Source of the DNA: Acidobacteriota bacterium
GTDB taxonomy: Bacteria; Acidobacteriota; UBA6911; RPQK01; JAJDTT01
Reading direction: 5' to 3'
DNA: 64,000 bases
Assembly (NCBI GenBank): GCA_965209055.1
Contig: OZ242374.1
Location: 608,001-672,000, forward strand
This document shows, in pieces, positions 1-10,137 of this stretch. The notes beneath the pieces were generated by a model. It was not told the DNA's origin and ran no database searches. It saw only the letters and a list, made by a program, of their open reading frames with translations. Both the position numbers and the translations under genes were made by a program. Each line of letters starts with the position of its first letter. Within the stretch, counting starts at the first letter, position 1.

Positions 1-731
1 ACAGCACCCGTTCGGACCTGGACCGTTACATGGACCTGATCGAGCGGGTCTCCACCGAAGGGCACATGGACGCCCTGACCCTGGCCGACTCCTTCGGCGC
101 CTGCTCTCCGGAGGGGATCGCCATGGTGCTCAAGAAGCTCAAGGCCCGTTTCAATCAGCCCATCGAGATCCATTGCCATGAGGATTTCGGCCTCGGCGTC
201 GCCAACACCATCGCCGCCCTCTCCAACGGAGCTTCGGTGGCCCACGTCACCGTGTCGGCCCTTGGGGAAAGGGCCGGAAACGTGCCCCTGGAGGACACGG
301 TCATGGCCCTGAAGGTGCTCTACGGTGTCGATGTCGGCGTGAGAACGGAGGGATTCTACGAACTCTCCAAGCTGGTGCAGAGACTGTCCAACGTCCAACT
401 GCCGCCCAACCGGCCCATCGTCGGCGATTCCCTGTACAAGATCGAATCGGGCATCGTGGCCATGTTCCACCGGCGCTGCAAGAACGTGGAGCCCTTGGAG
501 TACATTCCTTTTCTTCCCCAGGTGGTCGGCCGTCCCGGCGTCGAGATCGCCCTGGGCAAGGGCGCCGGCCTGGCCAACGTGGAAGAGGTCCTGGAAGCCC
601 GGGGCTTGAGCGCCGACGCCGAACAGACCAAGGAGATCGTGGATCGCGTCAAGCAGGTCTCGATCCGGAACAAGGCGCTGCTGACGGACGAGGAGTTCGA
701 TTCCATCGCCGGCGAGGTGCTGGGATCCTGA
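1..731 (+). CDS. DRE-TIM metallolyase / isopropylmalate-homocitrate synthase family protein (5' partial)
   Basis: Motifs LADSFG, IEIHCHEDFGLGVANT, GERAGNVPLE. The frame is open to the window edge and there is no C-terminal LeuA regulatory domain. Confidence 0.8.
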   Translation, partial: STRSDLDRYMDLIERVSTEGHMDALTLADSFGACSPEGIAMVLKKLKARFNQPIEIHCHEDFGLGVANTIAALSNGASVAHVTVSALGERAGNVPLEDTVMALKVLYGVDVGVRTEGFYELSKLVQRLSNVQLPPNRPIVGDSLYKIESGIVAMFHRRCKNVEPLEYIPFLPQVVGRPGVEIALGKGAGLANVEEVLEARGLSADAEQTKEIVDRVKQVSIRNKALLTDEEFDSIAGEVLGS

Positions 732-784
732 AGCGCCGCCGGAATTCCACCCGGGTCCGGAGTCAAACGGAGGAGCAGTGAAAG

Positions 785-1696
785 ATGTTTCGTAACCTGG
801 ATGCTCTGGTCGAGGCCGCCATCGCACTGGGTCCGGCGCGGATCGCCGTGGCCGCGGGCCACGACCCGGACGTCATCGAGTCGCTCCAGTTGGCTCGCGA
901 GATGGGCCTGGCCGAGGCAGTGCTGGTGGGCGATCGGAAAAAGATCGAGCCCGCGGCGTCGGCCGCCGGACTCCGCCTCGGCTCCGGACAATTGATCCAC
1001 CAACCGGATGAGAGCGCGGCGGCCCTCCAGGCCATTGGGCTGGTTCGGGAGGGTGCCGCAGATCTCCTGATGAAGGGGAAGATCAACACCTCCGTGCTGA
1101 TTCGCGCGGTCCTGAGTCGGGAGAAGGGCCTCCGGACCGGCCGCCAGTTGAGCCAGGTCATCGTCTTTCAGGTGCCCGGGATCGACCGTCTCATGATCAT
1201 GACCGACGCCGCCATCAACCTGGCCCCCGAACTGGCCCAAAAAGCGGAGATCTGCCGCAACGCCATTCACGTGGCCCACGCCCTGGGCATCGAGGAGCCC
1301 AACGTTGCGCTCCTCTGCGCTCTGGAGTTCGTCAACCCCGCCATGCCGGCCACGGTGGACGCGGCGGCTCTGACCATGATGAACCGGAGAGGCCAGTTGA
1401 CGGGCGCCTACCTGGAGGGTCCCATCGCCCTGGACGTCCCCATGAGCCGGTTTGCGGCCGACCGCAAGGGGATCGAGACTCCTCTGGTCGAGAACACGGA
1501 CATCTTCATCGCTCCCGACATCGAAGCCGCGAACATTCTCTACCGGGCCATTCTCTACATGGCCGGCGGGGAATCGGGTGGAATCGTGGTCGGGGCCAAG
1601 GTCCCCTTGATACTTCTCTCCCGGGCCGAAACTCCGGAAACCAAGATACGTTCCATCGCCATCGGTCGGCTGGTCGCCCAATACGCCGCCGGCTGA
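785..1696 (+). CDS. ptb: Phosphate butyryl/acetyltransferase (PTA_PTB family)
   Basis: Motifs ADLLMKG, TDAAIN, EGPIALD, PDIEAANIL, GAKVPLILLSRA; upstream GGAGGAG RBS. Confidence 0.85.
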   Translation: MFRNLDALVEAAIALGPARIAVAAGHDPDVIESLQLAREMGLAEAVLVGDRKKIEPAASAAGLRLGSGQLIHQPDESAAALQAIGLVREGAADLLMKGKINTSVLIRAVLSREKGLRTGRQLSQVIVFQVPGIDRLMIMTDAAINLAPELAQKAEICRNAIHVAHALGIEEPNVALLCALEFVNPAMPATVDAAALTMMNRRGQLTGAYLEGPIALDVPMSRFAADRKGIETPLVENTDIFIAPDIEAANILYRAILYMAGGESGGIVVGAKVPLILLSRAETPETKIRSIAIGRLVAQYAAG

Positions 1697-1715
1697 CCGG
1701 GATCGGACTCCCGCC

Positions 1716-2927
1716 ATGCAGGTTCTGGTCGTCAACGTCGGGTCCACATCCCTCAAATTCCGCCTCTTCCGAATGGAGGATGAAGAGATCCTGGCCGCCG
1801 GGAGGATGGAGCGGGTGGGCAGCCGGTCCTCTCCCTTCAACTATCGGCGCGGCCGGGAACCGGAGCTGAAGGGGAAACTGAAGTGTCCCGACCAGCGAGC
1901 GGCCGTCGACCACGCTCTCAAGCTGTTGACCGACCCGGAAACCGGGGTCCTGAACAGCTTGGAAGAACTGGACGCCGTGGGATTCAAACCGGTCCATGCC
2001 AAGGGGATCGCCGATTCGGTCTTCATCACGGATCAGATCATCGCCGCCATGGAGGAGTACACGCCTCTGGCGCCGGCTCACAATCCGCCGTACATCCAGG
2101 CGTTTCGGATATTCCAGGAAATACTGCCTGAGAAACCGCTTGTGGGTGTCTTCGAGCCCGCGTTCCACAAGACCATCCCCGAGCCCGCCCGAACCTACGG
2201 CATTCCTTACGAATGGTCCCGGAGGCACGCCATTCGCCGCTACGGCTTCCACGGAGCGTCCCATCGCTATGTCTCCCTGCGGGCGCCGGAACTACTGGGA
2301 AATCCGGATCGCGAGCTGCGCATCGTCTCCTGTCACCTCGGGGGCAGCTCCAGCGTCTGCGCCCTCAAAGGGGGCGACTCGGTGGAGACCAGCATGGGCT
2401 TCTCTCCCCAGTCCGGTCTGCCCAACGCCACCAGAAACGGCGATCTTGACCCGTTCGTGCTTCTCTATCTCCTGGACAAGGAGAACCTCACCCCGGCCCA
2501 ACTGCGGGACCGGCTGGTGAAGGACGGCGGCCTCAAGGGAATCTCCGGGGTGAGTGGCGATGTGCGGGACCTGGAGGAAGCGGCAGGACAGGGACACTCG
2601 AGAGCCGCGCTGGCCCTGGATGTGATGGTGCACGAGACCCGCAAGTACATCGGCGCCTACGCGGCGGTGCTGGGGGGACTCGACGCCCTCGTGTTCACCG
2701 GCGGCATCGGAGAAAACGGCATCGCCATCCGCCGCAAGATCTGTCGCGGGTTGGAGTTCCTGGGAATCCGCCTGGACCCTGGCGCCAACGACTCCCGGGG
2801 CCGCGAGGGATGCATCTCCGCACCCGGATCCCCGGCCCAGGTTCTGGTGATCCTGGCCAACGAGGAACTGGTCATCGCCCGCGAGACCGGGAAGCTGGTG
2901 AGGACCGGGATCGGCGGCGGCGCGTAG
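1716..2927 (+). CDS. ackA: Acetate/propionate kinase
   Basis: Motifs VNVGSTSLKF, PLAPAHNP, RRYGFHGASH, CHLGGSSS, VFTGGIGEN, ANEELVIA. Confidence 0.92.
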   Translation: MQVLVVNVGSTSLKFRLFRMEDEEILAAGRMERVGSRSSPFNYRRGREPELKGKLKCPDQRAAVDHALKLLTDPETGVLNSLEELDAVGFKPVHAKGIADSVFITDQIIAAMEEYTPLAPAHNPPYIQAFRIFQEILPEKPLVGVFEPAFHKTIPEPARTYGIPYEWSRRHAIRRYGFHGASHRYVSLRAPELLGNPDRELRIVSCHLGGSSSVCALKGGDSVETSMGFSPQSGLPNATRNGDLDPFVLLYLLDKENLTPAQLRDRLVKDGGLKGISGVSGDVRDLEEAAGQGHSRAALALDVMVHETRKYIGAYAAVLGGLDALVFTGGIGENGIAIRRKICRGLEFLGIRLDPGANDSRGREGCISAPGSPAQVLVILANEELVIARETGKLVRTGIGGGA

Positions 2928-2969
2928 ACCGCGCACCGGTCTTCGTCGCCACGCTGTTACACCGGAGTC

Positions 2970-3079
2970 CGGCGGTTAGGAAACCGCCGCTCCACAAGAG
3001 GAGGGGAGGCGACTTCCATTCGCCCGGTCTTCCGTGGGCCTTTCCTGCGCGGGTGTCCGGCGGTTGGGAAGCCGCCGCT
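2970..3079. repeat. REP-like palindrome cluster between convergent ackA and mltD
   Basis: cggcggttaggaaaccgccgctcc (2970-2993) is identical to 62430-62453; a degenerate copy ggcggttgggaagccgcc lies near 3059-3076. Confidence 0.7.
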
Positions 3080-3128
3080 AATCTCGCCGGGCATGGGCCG
3101 CCGGGGAAGCTTTTCTCGTTTCTCGTTC

Positions 3129-4874
3129 CTACGGCGAAACCAGGATCTTCTGACCCGGAAAGATCCGCTGCCTCGGACTCAGATTGTTCCAGCGGAGCAG
3201 GTCCTTGAGTTTCACGCCATAAGCGCGGGCGATGGCGTAGAGCGTGTCTCCGCGGCTGACGACGTGCGGCCCCGACGAATCGGAACGGCGGACCGCCGAA
3301 CCCCCTCTCCGAGCCGCGCCGGTCCTGGTGGAAGGGAACAGTGGAATGGCCAGCTCCTGTCCGATCCGGAGCCGGTGGATGTTGCGGAGCCGATTGGCCT
3401 GAGCGATGGCCTGAATCGACGTGGAGTAACGGCGGGCGATCAGCGACAGTGTCTCTCCCTTGCGGACCTGGTGGTGGCTGAGCCGGATCCTTTTCTCGGG
3501 TGGAAGCTGGGCCACCTTTTCCTGAACCATCGCTCCCATGCCGACCGGCACCTTCATCCGATAGCCAGGGAGCTTGTGGGGGGTCACTCGCCTCCTCAGC
3601 TCCGGATTGAGGTCGTCCAGCAGTTGGGCCGGGACCTCCATGAGTTCGGCCAGCGTATCCAGATCCACCTGGTGCTCCATGGGAACCATTTCGAATCTCA
3701 GCTCCGGGTCACGTTCGACGTGGAAGCCGTACCGGGCCGGATTCTTGAAAATGATGGTGGCCGCCAGGTAGGAGGGCACGTAATTCCTGGTCTCCCGGGG
3801 CAGAAGGCGCCGCCGGGCCATCTCCCAGTAGTCGATGCGCCCGTAGCGCCGCAGATTGCGCTCGATTCTCCGGGGACCGCAGTTGTATCCGGCCATGGCC
3901 AGATACCAGTCCCCGAACTCGCCGTAGAGGTGTTTCAGATACCGGGCGGCGGCAACGGTGGATTTCAGGATGTCGGAACGTTCGTCGATCCACCAGTCCT
4001 GCCTGAGGCCGTACAGGCGTCCGGTTCCCCGGATGAACTGCCAGATGCCTTTTGCCCGCGCCCTCGACAGCGCCTGGGGCCGGAAGAGGCTCTCGATGTG
4101 GGCCAGGTAGACCAGATCCAGGGGGACCCCCTCTTGGCGGAACACCGCCTTGAACATTTCCAGGTAACGGCCCGACCGCTGCAGCCCCCGCTCCATGAAG
4201 ACCCGTCCGCGCGTCCGGTAGTAGGTCAGGAATCGGAGCACCCGTTCATTGAGGACCACGGGGACGTCGAATTGCGACGTGAGCAGGTCCTCGCTGGCCA
4301 GATGCTTCAACTTCGGGTCCACCCGAATGGTGAAGACGTTGCGGTTGGCCAGCCATTCGATGGAACTGTCCTCATCGGGGACGCTGTCCAGGTCATCCAG
4401 CCGCAGATCCTCGATCCTGCCCAACAGGGAGAAATACGCCTGTTCCAATTGACCGTTCAGAAGGGGCGACGCGGCGGGCTCGCGCAGTTGATCCAGCGCT
4501 CTCTCGAAGTAGCCGCCGCCGTCCTGCTGTCCCTGGTTGAACAGCGACTCTCCCTCCCGGTAGAGCTCCCTGGAAGACTGGATCCGCTCCCTCACGCGAT
4601 TCTCGGCCAGCTTCCGTTGGATCTCCGGATCCGGCTCCGGCGCCTCGTCTGCGGTATGGGCGGCCGGGCGATCTGCGGCTACCGGTGAACTGCCGGTGGG
4701 ATCGGGAACGGTGACTCGACGCTGGGAACTACAGCCGGAAAGCAGGGCCACGGCGGCCAGGGCAGCAACGTTCCGGATCAAGTATCGTCGAAATGCGCGC
4801 CCCTGCCGGGGGGAAGGCTCAAAATTCCGCGCAGAAAACCATTCCCGGTCTGTTCCAGCTTCCGGCCGAGCCAT
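3129..4874 (-). CDS. MltD-like lytic transglycosylase lipoprotein with two LysM domains
   Basis: Lipobox LLSGC; SLT motifs HIES, GIWQFI, AGYNCG, ETRNYVP; LysM motifs HQVRKGETLSLIA and HVVSRGDTLYAIA. Start uncertain. Confidence 0.88.
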   Translation of the reverse strand: MARPEAGTDREWFSARNFEPSPRQGRAFRRYLIRNVAALAAVALLSGCSSQRRVTVPDPTGSSPVAADRPAAHTADEAPEPDPEIQRKLAENRVRERIQSSRELYREGESLFNQGQQDGGGYFERALDQLREPAASPLLNGQLEQAYFSLLGRIEDLRLDDLDSVPDEDSSIEWLANRNVFTIRVDPKLKHLASEDLLTSQFDVPVVLNERVLRFLTYYRTRGRVFMERGLQRSGRYLEMFKAVFRQEGVPLDLVYLAHIESLFRPQALSRARAKGIWQFIRGTGRLYGLRQDWWIDERSDILKSTVAAARYLKHLYGEFGDWYLAMAGYNCGPRRIERNLRRYGRIDYWEMARRRLLPRETRNYVPSYLAATIIFKNPARYGFHVERDPELRFEMVPMEHQVDLDTLAELMEVPAQLLDDLNPELRRRVTPHKLPGYRMKVPVGMGAMVQEKVAQLPPEKRIRLSHHQVRKGETLSLIARRYSTSIQAIAQANRLRNIHRLRIGQELAIPLFPSTRTGAARRGGSAVRRSDSSGPHVVSRGDTLYAIARAYGVKLKDLLRWNNLSPRQRIFPGQKILVSP

Positions 4875-4882
4875 TTCGATCT

Positions 4883-6631
4883 CTAGGTATCGCTCTGCTT
4901 AAGGGCGACGACGTTGTCGAAGAGAGATTTCGCCCGGGGAAGAAGCTCGATGGCCCTTCGCAGCATCTTGTCGATGCTCAATCGGACCCTCTGGCCTTCT
5001 TCCTCACTCAGGACCCGAGTCATGAGCTGCTGTTCCAGAAGGGTCTTGATCAGTTGCCGGTTGTCGTCGAAATCGGCGTGATTGTAGACGATCTTCTCGT
5101 CGTCGAGATATTGCCGGAAACGGTTGAGAATCTTGTCGGTCACCCGATGCTGCTGCCGAAGCCGGTCTTTCTCCGCTTCCGCAAGATCGTTCCAGCGTTC
5201 CAACTGCCTGGGGAAACGATATTTGGGATCGAGATCCCCCTGGGACAGCTTTTCCACGAACTGACGGAAAATGCCCTTGAGGCCCAGTTGACGCACGATC
5301 TTGGGATGCGCCGGCCGGGAAACCTCCTCATCCGGAGTGATGCCGCCTCCACCGTAGACGGGCCTCCCGCTGTCGGTCTTGTGCTCGGTCCGTTCCGACG
5401 AAGAACTATCGCGCCGGCCCGAAAAGTACTCGTAAAAGCTGTCCGAATAGCTGCGCTGGATGAGCCGGTCGCTCGGGGTGTAGTACTTGCCGGTGGTCAG
5501 GGCCAGGCCCCGGTTCTGCTCCAATGGATAGATGGTCTGGACCAGGGCCTTGCCGAAGCTGGTCTCGCCCACGATCAGGGCGCGGTCATGATCCTGCAGC
5601 GCGCCGGCCACGATTTCACTGGCGCTGGCGCTGTTGCGGTCGATGAGGACGACCATGGGATAGACATGATCGCGACCCTTGGGCGCCACGTATTCGTGGC
5701 CTCTTCCCTTTCGCATTCGAGTCCGGACCACCAGTTGTCCCTTGGAGAGAAACCGGTCGGCAACCTGGATCGCCTGGTTGAGGGCGCCGCCGGGATTGTC
5801 GCGCAGATCCAGGATCAAGGCCTGGAGCCTGGATTCGTCCAGCCGCTTCAGCGCTTCGTTCAGTTCCTCACCCGTGGTCTCGGAGAACTTCTTGATCTTC
5901 ACATAGCCGATCTCGTTCGGGAGGTAGAACGCGAACTCGATCGTGTACATGGGGATCTCGTCCCGTTCCACGGTCATTTCGATCGGTTCCGGGACTCCGG
6001 GACGCTCGATGGTGATCTGGACCGTGGTCCCCTTGGGACCCTTCAGGTTGGGGATGACCTCTTCCAGAAGGTCCCAGTCCTCGATCGATTCGCCTCGGAT
6101 TTTGGAGATCACGTCGCCGACCTGGATGCCCGCCTTGTAGGCCGGCGTGCCGACGGAGGGAGGTTTTTCCACCACCACGCGTCCGCTCCCCGGGGATTCC
6201 GCCTTGATGCTGATCCCCAGCCCGTAGTATTTGCCCTTCTGTTCTTCCTGGAGCTTGCTGTAGTCGGCCCGGGAGAAAAACGAACTGTGGGGATCGAGGG
6301 ATCGCAGAAGACCGCGAATGGAACTTTCGATCAGGCGGTCCCCATCCACCTCGCGGGCGTAGTCCGAGTGGATACGATCCAACGTGGCCGTGAAGGCCTT
6401 CAGCAGCCTGTGGGTATCTTCTTCGAGCGGTGCGCCGGCGCTGACCTTCTCTCCCAGCCAGCCACCGAGGAGGGTGACGACCAGGATCGCCAGGACCAGA
6501 AAAATACCCAGCCCCTTGTTCGACCGGTCTCCAGAGTAGTCCAAGTTTCCGAGCCCTTTCCGTCCAGATCTTCCCAAGACCGCCGAATGGCGCTGGTTGC
6601 CGGGCAGTATAACATTTAGTGTCCGTGGCAA
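4883..6631 (-). CDS. S41 carboxyl-terminal processing protease (CtpA-like)
   Basis: LDPHS, a PDZ domain, DLRDNPGG, SASASEI and GETSFGKALVQ. The true start is probably downstream of 6631. Confidence 0.9.
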   Translation of the reverse strand: MPRTLNVILPGNQRHSAVLGRSGRKGLGNLDYSGDRSNKGLGIFLVLAILVVTLLGGWLGEKVSAGAPLEEDTHRLLKAFTATLDRIHSDYAREVDGDRLIESSIRGLLRSLDPHSSFFSRADYSKLQEEQKGKYYGLGISIKAESPGSGRVVVEKPPSVGTPAYKAGIQVGDVISKIRGESIEDWDLLEEVIPNLKGPKGTTVQITIERPGVPEPIEMTVERDEIPMYTIEFAFYLPNEIGYVKIKKFSETTGEELNEALKRLDESRLQALILDLRDNPGGALNQAIQVADRFLSKGQLVVRTRMRKGRGHEYVAPKGRDHVYPMVVLIDRNSASASEIVAGALQDHDRALIVGETSFGKALVQTIYPLEQNRGLALTTGKYYTPSDRLIQRSYSDSFYEYFSGRRDSSSSERTEHKTDSGRPVYGGGGITPDEEVSRPAHPKIVRQLGLKGIFRQFVEKLSQGDLDPKYRFPRQLERWNDLAEAEKDRLRQQHRVTDKILNRFRQYLDDEKIVYNHADFDDNRQLIKTLLEQQLMTRVLSEEEGQRVRLSIDKMLRRAIELLPRAKSLFDNVVALKQSDT

Positions 6632-6714
6632 AAGTCGCCGCGGCCGCCGACCCGGTCCGCATCCCGGGACGGCTTCATGACGGCGGTCCCGGCGCCTGCG
6701 CGGGTCCTTGCCGG

Positions 6715-6744
6715 TTGACTTGATTTGACGCGGTGACTTACTAT
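6715..6744 (+). promoter_or_regulatory. Putative sigma70 promoter of tatAC
   Basis: TTGACT-N18-TACTAT upstream of tatA. Confidence 0.4.
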
Positions 6745-6769
6745 TTTCCTTCAGCGAGACGAGGCAACT

Positions 6770-6985
6770 ATGTGGAATCTGGGCTTTCAGGAAGTGGTGA
6801 TCATCTTCATCATCGCTCTTGTGATCTTTGGCCCTCGGAAGCTTCCCGATCTGGGGAAGTCTCTGGGCAAGAGCCTGGCCGAATTCAAGCGGGCTTCCAA
6901 CGAGTTGAAGCGGACCTGGGAAGACGAGGTTCGAGCCGAGAGCGAAGAGTTGAAGAAGATCCAGCGAGATATCGAATCGTCATGA
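6770..6985 (+). CDS. tatA: Twin-arginine translocase TatA/TatB family subunit
   Basis: N-terminal TM helix followed by FGPRKLPDLGKSLG amphipathic helix. Confidence 0.9.
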   Translation: MWNLGFQEVVIIFIIALVIFGPRKLPDLGKSLGKSLAEFKRASNELKRTWEDEVRAESEELKKIQRDIESS

Positions 6986-7027
6986 TCGACTCCCGGTGGC
7001 TCCCGCTCAGCCAATCGACCGTCTTTC

Positions 7028-7942
7028 ATGAATGACTCCCCGGGTTCCTCTCCTCCCCAAGACCCAAGCGCGTCCGAGTCTCAAGCGGCCGAAGACGCCG
7101 GGCAGGAGATCGTCCCCGCTTCCGGTTCCTCCCCGCCTCCATCCGATCCTCCCACGCCGGTAGCCTCAGCAGAGGCCGAAGACGACCCGGATTCTCCCGA
7201 CGAGGACGAACTGGGCGCCAAGATGACCTTTCTGGAGCACCTGGACGAGCTTCGAAAGCGCATTCTCTGGAGCGCGATCGCCGTCGCGGTCGCTTTCATC
7301 GGCTGCTGGGTTTTCCGCGAGCCCATCTTCGAATTCCTGTCCGTACCCATCAAGAACGCCGGCATCGAGAAGTTGACCTATATCAAGCCGACGGAACCGT
7401 TCACGATCTACCTGAAGGTTTGCTTCGTCGCGGCCGTTTTCCTGGCCGCTCCGGCCATCCTCTCGCAGGTCTGGCTCTTCATCGCTCCGGGCCTGTACCA
7501 GCGGGAGAAGCGCTACATCATCCCCTTCCTGGTCTCGTCAACGGCGCTGGTCCTGCTGGGCGGCACTTTCGCCTACTACATCATCCTCCCCACGGCGCTG
7601 GATTTTCTGATCAACCAGTTCGGCGCAGCCTTCCAGCCCATGGTCACCGCCATCGAGTACTTCAATTTCGAGGTGATCATCATTCTGGGCATGGGCGCCA
7701 TTTTTCAGCTTCCGGTGATCGTGGCCTTCCTCTCCATGTTCGGACTCATCACTCCCGGCTTTCTCTGGAGGAACTTCCGCTACGCCTTCCTCCTCATGGT
7801 CATGGTCGCGGCCGTGGTGTCTCCCACCACGGACGCCATCAACCTGTTCCTCTGGAGCGGCCCCATGGTCCTGCTCTACCTGGTGAGCATCGTCATCTCG
7901 TGGGTGTTCAAACGGAGAGCGGAGAAGCGGGCGGGGCTCTGA
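7028..7942 (+). CDS. tatC: Twin-arginine translocase subunit TatC
   Basis: MTFLEHLDELRKR, QVWLFIAPGLYQREK, FQLP, SPTTD; about 60-aa Pro/acidic N-terminal extension. Confidence 0.95.
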   Translation: MNDSPGSSPPQDPSASESQAAEDAGQEIVPASGSSPPPSDPPTPVASAEAEDDPDSPDEDELGAKMTFLEHLDELRKRILWSAIAVAVAFIGCWVFREPIFEFLSVPIKNAGIEKLTYIKPTEPFTIYLKVCFVAAVFLAAPAILSQVWLFIAPGLYQREKRYIIPFLVSSTALVLLGGTFAYYIILPTALDFLINQFGAAFQPMVTAIEYFNFEVIIILGMGAIFQLPVIVAFLSMFGLITPGFLWRNFRYAFLLMVMVAAVVSPTTDAINLFLWSGPMVLLYLVSIVISWVFKRRAEKRAGL

Positions 7943-8010
7943 GTTCGAGAGCGGCCGGGACGGGCGGCGGACGCCGCCGGCAGGCGTGATGAACGCGGCG
8001 TTGCAAAGAC

Positions 8011-9105
8011 CTAAAATTCGATCGTCGTCAGTCCCAGTTCCTCCACGTCGAAATCCTTCAGGTAACTGGGATCGACGTAGATGAAGCTCTCCTCCCGAAG
8101 GCTCTCCACGTACTTCTTGAGCTGGGGCGCGGCCTTCTTCGTGAAGAGCTGTTGTTCAATGTGGTTCCGTACCGTTTCCAGCTCCAACTGCCGGGCAGGT
8201 TTCCGTTTCAACAGCCTGAGGATCTGGAAACCGTAGTCGGCCTCGATCAGGCCGCTGTGTTCCCCCTCTTTCAACTTGGATACGGCGGCCTCCTGAACCG
8301 CCTGCATGGACCCCCGCTTGAAGGCCCCGATGGACCCTCCCCGATTGGCGGTGGGGCCCTCCGAGTGCTCTTTGGCCAAATCCTCGAACGAGCCGCCCGC
8401 CTTCAGCCGGTCCAGGACCCCCTGAGCCTGGGAACGGACCTGCTCCTTCTCCTTGCCCTCGGTGAGAAACAGGACCTCGGCCAACTCCACCTCCTCGGGC
8501 TCGGTGTACTGCTCGCGGTTCTGGTCGTAGTACTCGTGGATCTCCGGCGTCAGCAGCGTGACCCGGGAATAGACCATGATCCCCAACAGGCGTTCCTGGA
8601 TGGCTCTCTGCCTCAGCTTCTCCCGCATTTGAGCGAGGCTCATGCCTTGCCGGCGCATGGCCTGATCCATGGCTTCCAGGCTGGGAATGCCACTCTGCTT
8701 GCGCATATTTTCGAGCTGGGCCGAGACGTGATCGTCCACATTGGGGGCCACGCCCAGTTCCTCGGCCTTCTGCAGGAGCAGCCGCGTGTCGATCATTTCA
8801 CGCAGCACCGTCCGCTTTTGCGTCTGCCAGAACCGCATGGCCTTTTCCCGATCCTGTATCCGGCTCCGGACTTCGGACTGGATGACGTACAGCTCGTGGT
8901 CCAGGTCCCTGCGGGTGATGATCTGGTCGTTGACGCGGGCCACGATCTCGTCCAGGAGAACCGGCTCGGGAGGCGGCGCCTGTTGCTTGCGCTGCGGCGG
9001 CCGGGGCGGATCTCCCGACACTCCCTGGTCCTGACCGTGGAGGGGACCGAACAGCAGGACACCAGCGACCGTAATCACTCTAATTCGTTGCGGAAACATG
9101 ATCAT
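8011..9105 (-). CDS. SurA-like periplasmic chaperone / peptidyl-prolyl isomerase
   Basis: Signal peptide, IVARVNDQIIT (SurA N-domain), parvulin motif FEDLAKEHSEGPTANRGGSIG. Start set at MIMFP. Confidence 0.85.
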   Translation of the reverse strand: MIMFPQRIRVITVAGVLLFGPLHGQDQGVSGDPPRPPQRKQQAPPPEPVLLDEIVARVNDQIITRRDLDHELYVIQSEVRSRIQDREKAMRFWQTQKRTVLREMIDTRLLLQKAEELGVAPNVDDHVSAQLENMRKQSGIPSLEAMDQAMRRQGMSLAQMREKLRQRAIQERLLGIMVYSRVTLLTPEIHEYYDQNREQYTEPEEVELAEVLFLTEGKEKEQVRSQAQGVLDRLKAGGSFEDLAKEHSEGPTANRGGSIGAFKRGSMQAVQEAAVSKLKEGEHSGLIEADYGFQILRLLKRKPARQLELETVRNHIEQQLFTKKAAPQLKKYVESLREESFIYVDPSYLKDFDVEELGLTTIEF

Positions 9106-10036
9106 CGCTCTCCCGGAAGTCGAGCTCCCTGTCGTAGATCCGGAGCGAGGCCCCGGCCAGCAGACCCTCGATGTAGGAATCCACTGCGGCGCTCTCCTGC
9201 TGTGCAATCAAAGTTGAGAAGATCCCCTCTTGGACAAGGTAGAGGCGCTTGTGGTGCCGCCGTATCCATTCCTCCACCATGAAGAGGTGGTACCCATGCC
9301 GGGATCGAAACACGTCACTGATCTCACCCGGCTCGAGTGACAAGATGACTTTTTCGAACTCGCTCGGCAATTGACCCCGCTCGAAGGTCCCCAGGACTCC
9401 GCCGGTTTCCGCGGTCAGGCCCTCGGAGTGCAATCGGGCCACCTCCTGGAACTGCCGGACGTCTCCCGGCTCCAGCATTCCTCGAATCTCCCGGGCTCGG
9501 GCCCGGTCGGCGACCAGGATCTCCAGGACCCGTCCCGAGTCACCAACCCGAAACTGTTCGTGTTGGCTCCCGTAGAAGTCGCGAACGTCGGACGGAGTCA
9601 CTTCCACCTGGTCCTGCACCTTCAGCTTCAGCAACTTGTGAAAGGTGAGGAATCGGCGCAAGCGTTCGGAGAATTCAGCGTCTCCCGCTTCGATCTGGAG
9701 ATTCCCCATCTGCTCCTCCAGTTCCTCGTCGGCAACGTTGATGCCGTCAGCCTGAGCCTGGCGCAGAAGTATTTTTTCCACCACAAAGTCGCGAAACCGG
9801 CTTTTCCGAGGCGGGACCTGTCCCGAGTCCGGCTCCGCCGCCAAGTAGGCTTCGAATTCTCGAAGCGTGATCTGCTCCGCGTCCAATTCCGCCACCAGAG
9901 TCTCCCGTTCGGGCGATCGGGCGTCTCCGGCCGGAAGCCCGCAGGCGGCCCAACCCAGATGAAGCAGCAGCGCCGTCCCGATCCAGCACCTGCCCAGCGT
10001 CCCACCGGCGTGAATCGCTTTCAGACTCGCGAGCAT
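9080..10036 (-). CDS. PpiC/parvulin-type peptidyl-prolyl isomerase
   Basis: FQEVARLHSEG...GGVLGTFERGQL, SRHGYHLF. Start uncertain. Confidence 0.8.
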   Translation of the reverse strand: MLASLKAIHAGGTLGRCWIGTALLLHLGWAACGLPAGDARSPERETLVAELDAEQITLREFEAYLAAEPDSGQVPPRKSRFRDFVVEKILLRQAQADGINVADEELEEQMGNLQIEAGDAEFSERLRRFLTFHKLLKLKVQDQVEVTPSDVRDFYGSQHEQFRVGDSGRVLEILVADRARAREIRGMLEPGDVRQFQEVARLHSEGLTAETGGVLGTFERGQLPSEFEKVILSLEPGEISDVFRSRHGYHLFMVEEWIRRHHKRLYLVQEGIFSTLIAQQESAAVDSYIEGLLAGASLRIYDRELDFRESDDHVSATN

Positions 10037-10137
10037 CGCCGCCCATTCTATCAGCCCACACACGATATCGCCGGGCCGGGCCGCCTGACCGGGCAGAATC
10101 CGCCGGCTCAGAGCCCGGCAGGATCTCGCCCCTGTCG

